Part shown: in pieces, positions 45,229 to 51,643 of the stretch
Numbering within the stretch: the stretch's first letter is position 1
How the letters are laid out: the number at the start of each line of letters is the position of its first letter
Virus record (IMG/VR): IMGVR_UViG_3300023245_000021
Coordinates: 1-51,643 of that record
Length of the DNA: 51,643 nucleotides
Source of the DNA: a virus
Taxonomy: Duplodnaviria; Caudoviricetes
Direction: 5' to 3' (one strand)
Made by a program: the position numbers and the translations under genes
The notes under the pieces: model-generated
Database searches by the model: none
Seen by the model: only the letters and a program-made list of their open reading frames with translations
What the model was told of the DNA's origin: nothing

Positions 45229-45413
45229 ACTTAGAAACATTAGAACATGGTGAGCTTATTCATATATGGCAGGGTAGCCGTCAAAAGATAATGGTATCGT
45301 TTGAGAATACTAAAAGATTATGGGGATTTTCAAACTTTAACCATGCCATTACTGATTTATATGCGTTGGGCTTTAAAGAAACCGCACGGCTTTTAAATAA
45401 AGCTAAACATTAG
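45216..45413 (+). CDS. Early hypothetical protein
   Basis: ATG 45216 after AGGAG. Confidence 0.7.
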   Translation: MQTLNLETLEHGELIHIWQGSRQKIMVSFENTKRLWGFSNFNHAITDLYALGFKETARLLNKAKH

Positions 45414-45462
45414 TTGTATTATCATAGCCATTAGATTATAGTGGCTATTATTAAAACAACTG
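45411..45462 (+). promoter_or_regulatory. RNase III-like hairpin 3
   Basis: ATAGCCATT...AGTGGCTAT plus TAGTTGT/ACAACTG lower stem. Confidence 0.6.
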
Positions 45463-45479
45463 TTAAAAGGAATGATAGA

Positions 45480-46091
45480 ATGTATAACACTCACGGACTA
45501 AAATGCCAGAAGTATGCTCAAAGATCCGCGGATAATATGGCAGATGTTACATTAATGGTAGTCTTAAGCATTCAACAAAATTGGCTAAGCATTGGCAACC
45601 AATTGGCAGATGTTCGCGCCAATAAGTCAGAGTCAAAGTTTTTATGGGGTAATAAGATTAAAACCTATGAATATTTAGAGGCGAATAAGCATAAAATATA
45701 TGCTCAATCAATGGCAGTTATTAATTCTAAACAAACTGATACTCAAAAATCAATCTCTTTAATGAACATATTCCTGAGAATTGATGGCCTCGGTCTACCT
45801 AAAGCAGGTTTTATGTGCCAACTAGTAGCAGGTTTAGTTGGTTGTATGGATACGCACAACATAAAACTGTATGGTTTAGATCCTAAGAGCCTCGCATTGA
45901 GCAAGAACCCGAAGACTCAAAAGGGTTTAGACACAAATAACCAAAAGATTCTAGCGTATATAACTCTATGCCACAACTATGGCACCGAAAACCTCTGGAA
46001 TAGTTGGTGCAGTTTATTGGCCACCAAATCTAAGAGATGGGTTGATTCGAATCACGTGAGCGAAGTACACTATAGATATTTAGTAGGCTAA
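45480..46091 (+). CDS. HhH DNA glycosylase-fold protein
   Basis: IDGLGLPKAGF..QL..G..GCMDTHN resembles the HhH-GPD/OGG core. Confidence 0.55.
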   Translation: MYNTHGLKCQKYAQRSADNMADVTLMVVLSIQQNWLSIGNQLADVRANKSESKFLWGNKIKTYEYLEANKHKIYAQSMAVINSKQTDTQKSISLMNIFLRIDGLGLPKAGFMCQLVAGLVGCMDTHNIKLYGLDPKSLALSKNPKTQKGLDTNNQKILAYITLCHNYGTENLWNSWCSLLATKSKRWVDSNHVSEVHYRYLVG

Positions 46092-46338
46092 ACAACGGCG
46101 ATATGTGCCGAAGTTTGACAATAGTTTAAACTGATTGACTTTTAGGTAGTATTAATACCTATATATAGATAATAAGTATGCAGATATATAGACTAATAGA
46201 TAATGGGCAGTTTTAAACACAGCCATTCTAAGCGAGGCTAAAGAGACCTAGTACATCGGGTCATAAGTCGCTAGCAATGAGCTTAGACGAGCTTAGAGAC
46301 GCCTTACGGGGCATGTATACATATAACTGGAGAGATTT

Positions 46339-46587
46339 ATGAAAAGCTTAACTAATGTAGAAGTTCGAACAGTCATTGGGTTTTTAAATGAAGGCAGGCA
46401 GGTACAGAAAATCAACAAGTGGAACGTCGAACAGTTGTATCTAGATTACAAGAATGGCTTTTTCAATCTAGAGAGTTTCAGGGACTACCATTCTCTGTCA
46501 CTATTAAAAGCCAAACAACTGATACGAGTAGGCGCAAAATTACATGCTGGACGGAAAGCATACTATAAACTATATGGTCTTGTTTAG
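46339..46587 (+). CDS. Hypothetical protein
   Basis: GGAG SD; YLDY.N.F...F.DYH. Confidence 0.7.
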   Translation: MKSLTNVEVRTVIGFLNEGRQVQKINKWNVEQLYLDYKNGFFNLESFRDYHSLSLLKAKQLIRVGAKLHAGRKAYYKLYGLV

Positions 46588-46609
46588 ACACTATTGAAAG
46601 GAGCAGGTT

Positions 46610-46777
46610 ATGAACTATGCTAAAAAGCTATTAACACTTACAGAACTACATAAAGAGAGACGTCAAGCATTAATTGTGACTACAATAGGTTGGTCAGTCT
46701 TGATAATAGGTTGGTCACTTTTGTCAGTAGTCTGGTTCACTTTTGTGGTGGTTATGTTTGGTGAGGGAGTGAAGTGA
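46610..46777 (+). CDS. 55-aa membrane protein ending GEGVK (not in track)
   Basis: AAGGAG SD; TM stretch with IGWS x2. Confidence 0.65.
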   Translation: MNYAKKLLTLTELHKERRQALIVTTIGWSVLIIGWSLLSVVWFTFVVVMFGEGVK

Positions 46778-46779
46778 TG
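46765..46779 (+). repeat. Gene-junction element GGGAGTGAAGTGATG
   Basis: 14/15 match to core; encodes GVK-stop. Confidence 0.7.
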
Positions 46780-46995
46780 GGATTCATGTATCAGGTCTTA
46801 AGGGCGCATATCAGCGCGTCACTTACTGTTAAAGAGTTGAGCGTGGCGCGCGGCGGCGTAGAGTATTGCCTGAATAAGAGCTATATAACGGCACAGGACT
46901 ACATAAACTTAACAACCCTTTGCAATAGTCACAAAGATCTGCTAGACTTAGTGGCTACTATTCAAGAGTCTTATTTAAAGGAGGAAGAGTTATGA
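46777..46995 (+). CDS. Hypothetical protein ending YLKEEEL
   Basis: Starts in junction motif. Confidence 0.65.
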   Translation: MGFMYQVLRAHISASLTVKELSVARGGVEYCLNKSYITAQDYINLTTLCNSHKDLLDLVATIQESYLKEEEL

Positions 46996-47309
46996 ATACT
47001 AGCGGAGGTTGGAACGGCAGCGGCGAGGACTGGCTACACGGTGACGAAGATTTGATTGACGAACACGACTACCCTGCCTTAGAACAATGGGAGATTGATG
47101 AAGCATTGGCAGATGTGCGTGCTAAGGAGCTTAGAGAACAAGAGATAGAGCTTGACTTTGACCTGCTCTTAGAGAGTGTAGAGCAGATGGACGCTATCAG
47201 GAAGGGCGGGCATCGTCTTGCTACGGAGACAGAGATTGAGAACAGTTTAAGTCTTAGGCACAGTATCACACAACCTGTATTAGATTATTTAAAAGGAGAA
47301 GAGTTATGA
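46992..47309 (+). CDS. Acidic hypothetical protein ending YLKGEEL
   Basis: GGAGG SD, ATGA overlap. Confidence 0.7.
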   Translation: MNTSGGWNGSGEDWLHGDEDLIDEHDYPALEQWEIDEALADVRAKELREQEIELDFDLLLESVEQMDAIRKGGHRLATETEIENSLSLRHSITQPVLDYLKGEEL

Positions 47310-47515
47310 TAGGCTACATAGGAGTATCACTACTACTAACAGCAATGATCTGGGGCGAGTACAAGCCAAGAGGTGTGCTTTATTATGCGCTTAACTCGGC
47401 AGGCTCATTAACTTTATTGACTTACGCCTCTCTGAACGGTGACACACCCGTGTTTATATTGAACTTAGTGTGGGTTGCTGTTAGTCTGCTTGGGCTAGTC
47501 AAGGAAACTAAATAG
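47306..47515 (+). CDS. Small multi-TM membrane protein (CBU_0592-like)
   Basis: Y..LN..GS..L..YA...F.LN.VW pattern. Confidence 0.65.
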   Translation: MIGYIGVSLLLTAMIWGEYKPRGVLYYALNSAGSLTLLTYASLNGDTPVFILNLVWVAVSLLGLVKETK

Positions 47516-47526
47516 GAGAGAAAGGT

Positions 47527-47715
47527 ATGAGAATTATATTAAACGACGATGAAATACGTGAGGCACTTGCTAAGGCATTGGCCGAGAAGGTTTTTTTTAA
47601 CTTCGCCATTGACCCGGATAACTGCTGGTTCGAAGGGAAAGCGGGGTTGATTGAGGGCGATGAGATTGAGGATATAAATGATGTGGAATTCTGCTTCGAC
47701 ACAACAAGCGCATAG
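47527..47715 (+). CDS. Acidic hypothetical protein
   Basis: AGGAG SD. Confidence 0.65.
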   Translation: MRIILNDDEIREALAKALAEKVFFNFAIDPDNCWFEGKAGLIEGDEIEDINDVEFCFDTTSA

Positions 47716-47724
47716 GAGAAAGGT

Positions 47725-48039
47725 ATGGCACTTGAACCAATAGTATTAACCCTCACCCTAGTCTTAAATCAAGGCGTGACGAACGATGAATGCAGGGCGA
47801 TACTGTACAACACTTATCCACCCGACCTTATACAAGAACTAGCAAACCACAAGACTACCTTCTCTTGTCGCATAGATGTAATGGGCAGGATACACGAGTT
47901 GGGTGTTGAGAACGACGCGAAGCTAGATCGAAAGTACAAGCGCGAGACAGCGGGTAGAGAAATCTATGAGATATGCGGCGATCAGATGTGTAGGGTTGAG
48001 CAACGCGACCCGTTGTTGGAGAGAGCGAGCAATGAATAA
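47725..48039 (+). CDS. Hypothetical protein
   Basis: AGGAG SD. Confidence 0.6.
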   Translation: MALEPIVLTLTLVLNQGVTNDECRAILYNTYPPDLIQELANHKTTFSCRIDVMGRIHELGVENDAKLDRKYKRETAGREIYEICGDQMCRVEQRDPLLERASNE

Positions 48040-48358
48040 ATTAATATTAGCATTGGCACTCATGTCGCCACTGGCTCAAGCATCTGTACTCACCTCGCAT
48101 GTTTGGAAAGGAGAGGCTCAAGAACCTAATGAGTCCATACAGACTGGCCGGCTAGTAAGCAATGCAAGCTGTCAGGCTTTAATGAATAAACTATACAGGG
48201 CTACACTGCTTGACATGAAGCAGACATTTGCGGGCCAAGAGCTTGTATTTCGTAAATGGATAGGTTACTATGGAGACTACAACTACGAGATAGCCCTAAG
48301 ACGAGAGGGTAAAATAATAGTTACTTCGGTGGCTAAGTGCGTACCGACTACAATATGA
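48032..48358 (+). CDS. Secreted/periplasmic protein with signal peptide
   Basis: MNKLILALALMSPLAQA signal peptide from internal ATG. Confidence 0.65.
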   Translation: MNKLILALALMSPLAQASVLTSHVWKGEAQEPNESIQTGRLVSNASCQALMNKLYRATLLDMKQTFAGQELVFRKWIGYYGDYNYEIALRREGKIIVTSVAKCVPTTI

Positions 48359-48433
48359 GTAACACTTTTATGGACTATAAAGTGTAAACAATTGACAGTT
48401 TAATGCGCTAATAAATGCGCGAGGAGAAAGCTA

Positions 48434-48730
48434 ATGAGACTTTATTTAGTAACACAAACTTTAATGAAGGGCTATGACACCTATGACTCAATGGTGGTAG
48501 CGGCTGAGAGTGTTTCAGACGCAAGGACTATTCATCCATACTACGGAGACGCCTTTGATTTGTATGTAAAGGAGGGCAAGTGGTGGGTGAAGCGCAAAGA
48601 TTTTGGGGACTATGAGTTTAAGCGCGGCGGTTGGCCTGAGCCGAAGGACAAAGCGTCGTTGTTAGTTAAGTTCTTGGGGTTGACCGAAGAACCCAGAGGT
48701 GTCATACTTGCCTCGTTTAACGCGGGATGA
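48434..48730 (+). CDS. Conserved phage hypothetical (GYDTYDS.VV.A...VILASFNAG)
   Basis: GAGGAG SD; motif. Confidence 0.75.
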   Translation: MRLYLVTQTLMKGYDTYDSMVVAAESVSDARTIHPYYGDAFDLYVKEGKWWVKRKDFGDYEFKRGGWPEPKDKASLLVKFLGLTEEPRGVILASFNAG

Positions 48731-48741
48731 GGAGAAGAGTG

Positions 48742-48921
48742 ATGACTGAGCGTAGAATCTTGAGTGAGAAGAACCACGCAGTATTACAGATTATATTAGA
48801 CACTTTAATAAAAGGAGAAGCCTCTGATACAGAATCAGTAGAGCTTTATCGCGAGATTAAAGACCAGTTGATCTATACTATGTGGATACATGAAGAAGAA
48901 GAAGAGAAAGATGATGAATAA
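48742..48921 (+). CDS. Hypothetical protein
   Basis: GAGGAG SD before GTGATG. Confidence 0.6.
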   Translation: MTERRILSEKNHAVLQIILDTLIKGEASDTESVELYREIKDQLIYTMWIHEEEEEKDDE

Positions 48922-49240
48922 GCAAAAGAGACGAATAGATAACATCAATGCCGAAGAGATGAATCACTCTTGGATGCAATACAGCGGCCCGTTAGAGTCG
49001 TGGTTTGAATATATATGCGAGCCTCTGCCTAGATGGGAAGATGATCTAAAGAACGGCAGTATCCTTTGTTGGGTATGGAATGGGCGCGACAACAACTTCG
49101 ACAACCCTAGGGTGGTCAGTCACTATGTAAAAGACAACGCCTACCCCTATAGATTTGCTGGAGGAAGCGTAAGCGCGAGTGCTGGCGTACACGCCACGCC
49201 TGTATTGTCTGTCGATCTATACAGCGGAGAAGGTTTATGA
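48911..49240 (+). CDS. Hypothetical protein, paralog of 2598-2900
   Basis: Shared motifs with 2598-2900. Confidence 0.75.
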   Translation: MMNKQKRRIDNINAEEMNHSWMQYSGPLESWFEYICEPLPRWEDDLKNGSILCWVWNGRDNNFDNPRVVSHYVKDNAYPYRFAGGSVSASAGVHATPVLSVDLYSGEGL

Positions 49241-49455
49241 ACAAAGATACTTATTTTAATAAGTTCATAGATAGATTGAACACGCCGCCGAGCCCCGAGG
49301 GATTACTAACGCCCCGTAGCTGTGGGATCTTGATAGATCTATTAGACGAAATGAAACACCAGTTGGTTGAAGATGCTGATCATCTTGACGAGATCAAACG
49401 CCAGTTGGACTTGACGATGTTGATGCTGAAGAAAGGAGAGAGAGGTTATGAATAA
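49237..49455 (+). CDS. Hypothetical protein
   Basis: ATGA overlap. Confidence 0.65.
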   Translation: MNKDTYFNKFIDRLNTPPSPEGLLTPRSCGILIDLLDEMKHQLVEDADHLDEIKRQLDLTMLMLKKGERGYE

Positions 49456-49669
49456 ACTAAAGAGCCAAATAGACTTGACAGAACCCATCGAAACCTATAA
49501 GATAATGGTATCAGAAGTTCGCGGCTTCTTCATAGATGTTGCGGCCTCTAGTGAGAAAGAGGCTTTAACATACGCAAAGCTAAACAAAACCTACAAACAA
49601 TATGGATCTGCGATAGTCGATACACACTATCAAGTCTTTAAAGAAGCGGGGGTTGATGAAGATGAATAA
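49448..49669 (+). CDS. Hypothetical protein
   Basis: GAGG SD; V.A.SE.EA motif. Confidence 0.65.
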   Translation: MNKLKSQIDLTEPIETYKIMVSEVRGFFIDVAASSEKEALTYAKLNKTYKQYGSAIVDTHYQVFKEAGVDEDE

Positions 49670-49847
49670 ATGGATAAGTGTTAAGGATAAAAAACCGCGT
49701 CTAAAAAAGAAGGTCTTGGTTTATATTCCGTGCATTGATGGCTATGCAAGTGGATGGCTACTCTCTGGCGGTTACTGGCTAATACTAGGCGAGGCCAACT
49801 TTGATACAGAAGATGTTACTCACTGGAAGGAGATAGAACATGAATGA
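49662..49847 (+). CDS. DUF551-like protein
   Basis: WISVKD..P...VLV...VTHW. Confidence 0.75.
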   Translation: MNKWISVKDKKPRLKKKVLVYIPCIDGYASGWLLSGGYWLILGEANFDTEDVTHWKEIEHE

Positions 49848-50040
49848 GTGCTATGATTATTATGAATGCGGTATATGTTTGATAATGTTTAAAGAACACA
49901 ATGGCCAGACAGACCTGTGCAACCTATGCTATAAAAGCTTGATAGGCTTCGAAGACCTTGAAGATGTATATGTCCACGAAGATGATTATGCTTTAGAGGT
50001 TGATGAGTTTGATGAGGCTAAGGGTGCGTTTACTATATAG
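49840..50040 (+). CDS. Small acidic Zn-finger protein
   Basis: CGIC...CNLC. Confidence 0.6.
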   Translation: MNECYDYYECGICLIMFKEHNGQTDLCNLCYKSLIGFEDLEDVYVHEDDYALEVDEFDEAKGAFTI

Positions 50041-50108
50041 ACTATAGAGAGCTTATCGCCAGTGTTCTTTTTCCTCTTTTCTTTTATTTCGTTATAACTT
50101 TAAAGTAG

Positions 50109-50137
50109 AGTATAGCATATATGGTTTTAAAAGTCAA
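50109..50137 (-). promoter_or_regulatory. Leftward (antisense) sigma70-type promoter
   Basis: TTGACT-17-TATACT with extended TG on - strand. Confidence 0.7.
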
Positions 50138-50170
50138 GAGGTTTATAAGAAATAAAACTAAAGGAGGAGG

Positions 50171-50199
50171 TTGACAACAGGTTAACATTGTGTTAAGCT
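50171..50199 (+). promoter_or_regulatory. Rightward sigma70-type promoter driving the junction-motif array
   Basis: TTGACA-17-TAAGCT with extended TG. Confidence 0.7.
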
Positions 50200-50231
50200 C
50201 TATAAAATTTTAAAGGAAGGAGAAAAGAAAA

Positions 50232-50432
50232 ATGACTACAGGATTTGGCGAATACTTTTTAACATTCAACTTCCGCAACGGCGTGGGCTTAGACTTAGAG
50301 TTTACAGACAGTCGGCCAGTGTGGATAAGCGACAATGCTACGGGTTCTGTAGTTGCGGCGTCGTTTGAAGGCACTGTAGTGTTGGTTCCGTTTGTGATCA
50401 TAACGCTAGGTAAAATTTATCAGGAGGTATGA
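50232..50432 (+). CDS. Hypothetical protein (FRNGVGLDLEF)
   Basis: AAGGAG SD after promoter. Confidence 0.75.
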   Translation: MTTGFGEYFLTFNFRNGVGLDLEFTDSRPVWISDNATGSVVAASFEGTVVLVPFVIITLGKIYQEV

Positions 50433-50436
50433 GGTT

Positions 50437-50733
50437 ATGAATAAAGAACAAGAGCTACAAAAAGCACTACAAGCCGCACAGGATGCACTATATTCAACGG
50501 TTCAAGGGATAATCAACCAAGTCTGTCTTAATGTTGAGTCTGATTTTGTACCTGATTGGAATGTCCATTCTTACAAGTACATTGTTATCTACCACAAAGG
50601 GAAGTGGGTTTCCGATTCGATTGACTACCCTGAAGGACTTAGCTATCTGTCCACAAAAGCCAAAGCCCAACAAGTCTGCGACATCTTGAATGACATTGGT
50701 TTAAAACCAGTGGGGGTGAAGTGGTGGAGCTAA
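50437..50733 (+). CDS. Hypothetical protein ending IGLKPVGVKWWS
   Basis: Reads through a junction motif whose TGA is TGG. Confidence 0.75.
   Translation: MNKEQELQKALQAAQDALYSTVQGIINQVCLNVESDFVPDWNVHSYKYIVIYHKGKWVSDSIDYPEGLSYLSTKAKAQQVCDILNDIGLKPVGVKWWS
50694..50723 (+). repeat. Gene-junction element, 30 bp identical to 51191-51220, followed by GTG instead of ATG
   Basis: CATTGGTTTAAAACCAGTGGGGGTGAAGTG. Confidence 0.95.
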
Positions 50734-50742
50734 GGTGGCTAA

Positions 50743-50774
50743 TGATACTTGGCAATCGTTAGGTAAAGGAGAAA
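50743..50774 (+). pseudogene. Relic of the 3' end of gene 67-291
   Basis: 29/32 nt identical to 254-285; W codon TGG changed to TAG. Confidence 0.7.
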
Positions 50775-50778
50775 TAAC

Positions 50779-51018
50779 ATGTACCTAGTTCAAATAGGTG
50801 AAGATATTTTTGTAGATCTAACCGAAATCCGAGGGGTGTTTTCAACTACCTCCGAAGGAGTCAATATCCTCCACCTTATGTTTAAAGGATGCGAGAACGA
50901 AGCTTCTATGATGGTCAGCTACAAGTACCGTATGAGCGTTATAAACAGTATTATCAGCAATAACCAAAATCCAAGCCAGAGCCTTGAACGGGCGATTAAA
51001 TCCATGGAGAAAGAGTGA
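50779..51018 (+). CDS. Hypothetical protein
   Basis: AAGGAG SD supplied by the relic. Confidence 0.7.
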   Translation: MYLVQIGEDIFVDLTEIRGVFSTTSEGVNILHLMFKGCENEASMMVSYKYRMSVINSIISNNQNPSQSLERAIKSMEKE

Positions 51019-51221
51019 TGAGTGAATTAAAAGATGAAATAATGGTTAAAATTAAAGACGAAATGGTCGAGTCTTACCTCAAAGGCTACGATCATGGGAT
51101 AAAGGATACAGTTGAATGTCTAAAAGAGTGCAAAGAAAAGATTGGCGGGGGAGCCATATTTAGCCTAGACGATATTATTGCATTTGTCAGCATTGGTTTA
51201 AAACCAGTGGGGGTGAAGTGA
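51018..51221 (+). CDS. Hypothetical protein ending IGLKPVGVK
   Basis: GGAG SD, TGATG overlap. Confidence 0.75.
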   Translation: MSELKDEIMVKIKDEMVESYLKGYDHGIKDTVECLKECKEKIGGGAIFSLDDIIAFVSIGLKPVGVK

Positions 51222-51223
51222 TG
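51191..51223 (+). repeat. Gene-junction element, full copy
   Basis: Exact match. Confidence 0.95.
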
Positions 51224-51493
51224 GAAGAATACGAAAGATGCAATCAGACGGGTAAGAAAGATGCAATTAGACGGGTACTTATACCAAGCCTTCTTTTGCT
51301 CTCTGCCTGTAATGTTGATCAGCAAAATGATGCCAGTGAATCTAAGTTTATAGGCACTACTTACACACTTGATCACATGCATGAGGTCCATGAGTTCACG
51401 CCAAATGAAGCACCGACCATGCTGTGCGTTGTATTAACGTCTCGCATCCCCTTAAAGGCCGCATCTGGCATTACCTGTTTTAAGAAAATATAA
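51221..51493 (+). CDS. Putative lipoprotein
   Basis: Basic residues, hydrophobic stretch and lipobox LSAC. Confidence 0.6.
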   Translation: MEEYERCNQTGKKDAIRRVLIPSLLLLSACNVDQQNDASESKFIGTTYTLDHMHEVHEFTPNEAPTMLCVVLTSRIPLKAASGITCFKKI

Positions 51494-51499
51494 CCGACT

Positions 51500-51514
51500 G
51501 GAGGTGAAGTTATG
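51500..51514 (+). repeat. Gene-junction element, degenerate GGAGGTGAAGTTATG
   Basis: 13/15 match to core. Confidence 0.65.
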
Positions 51515-51643
51515 AGTAAAGAAGTGAAAAATGCAATGGATGTTATTAAAAAAGCTATGGTCGAAGACGGTATGGAGGTTGGAAGCCTAGCACACGGGTG
51601 GCATTGCAACATAGCTATGGCTTGTTACGACTCTATGAATCTT
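51512..51643 (+). CDS. Partial ORF MSKEVKNAM...HGWHCNIAMACYDS
   Basis: Open to the end of the window. Confidence 0.7.
   Translation, partial: MSKEVKNAMDVIKKAMVEDGMEVGSLAHGWHCNIAMACYDSMNL

Noticed and set aside
46115-46165. TTGACA/TTGACT here (also 43954 and 48392) as promoters
   Set aside because: No good -10 hexamer at 16-18 bp spacing
46684-46746. Short duplications (AATAGGTTGGTCA x2, TCACTTTTGT x2) as operator sites
   Set aside because: They lie within a TM-coding ORF and are more simply explained as internal duplications
1-51643. Phage RNA polymerase, integrase/repressor, tRNA or rRNA genes
   Set aside because: No ORF has the motifs or size expected and no cloverleaf was found by eye; tRNAscan-SE was not run, and a small part of the genome may be outside the window

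Overview
The window is most of a lytic, T7-like podophage genome that lacks its own RNA polymerase and uses host sigma70-type promoters. It appears circularly permuted. On the + strand, 44.2-51.6 kb continuing into 1-3.1 kb is a long run of small early/accessory genes, including a T3-type SAM lyase candidate and an HhH glycosylase-fold protein. Next, 3.2-15 kb is the replication module: SSB, primase-helicase, PolA with Tyr at the 762-equivalent site, a PD-(D/E)XK exonuclease, endonuclease I, a dATP/dGTP diphosphohydrolase and a class II RNR interrupted by an HNH-containing intein, plus two free-standing nucleases. On the - strand, 43.4-15.0 kb is the late operon: terminases, portal, scaffold, capsid, tail tubes, tail fibre, ejection proteins and lysis genes. 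A repeat-rich non-coding block at 43.4-44.2 kb probably holds the genome ends. The most striking unexplained structure is a gene-junction element, (TTTAAAACCAGT)GGGGGTGAAGTGATG, seen in 11 copies. It packs a shared C-terminal peptide (KPVGVK), a stop, an RBS and the next start into about 24 bp between unrelated small genes. A decayed 32-bp relic of one gene end sits behind a mutated copy, which suggests a recombining cassette array. Other findings: an inverted repeat made of two complete promoters, three RNase III-like hairpins, a repeated RNA motif upstream of the scaffold gene, and recurrent AxGG motifs in virion proteins. All calls come from reading the sequence by eye; no searches were run.
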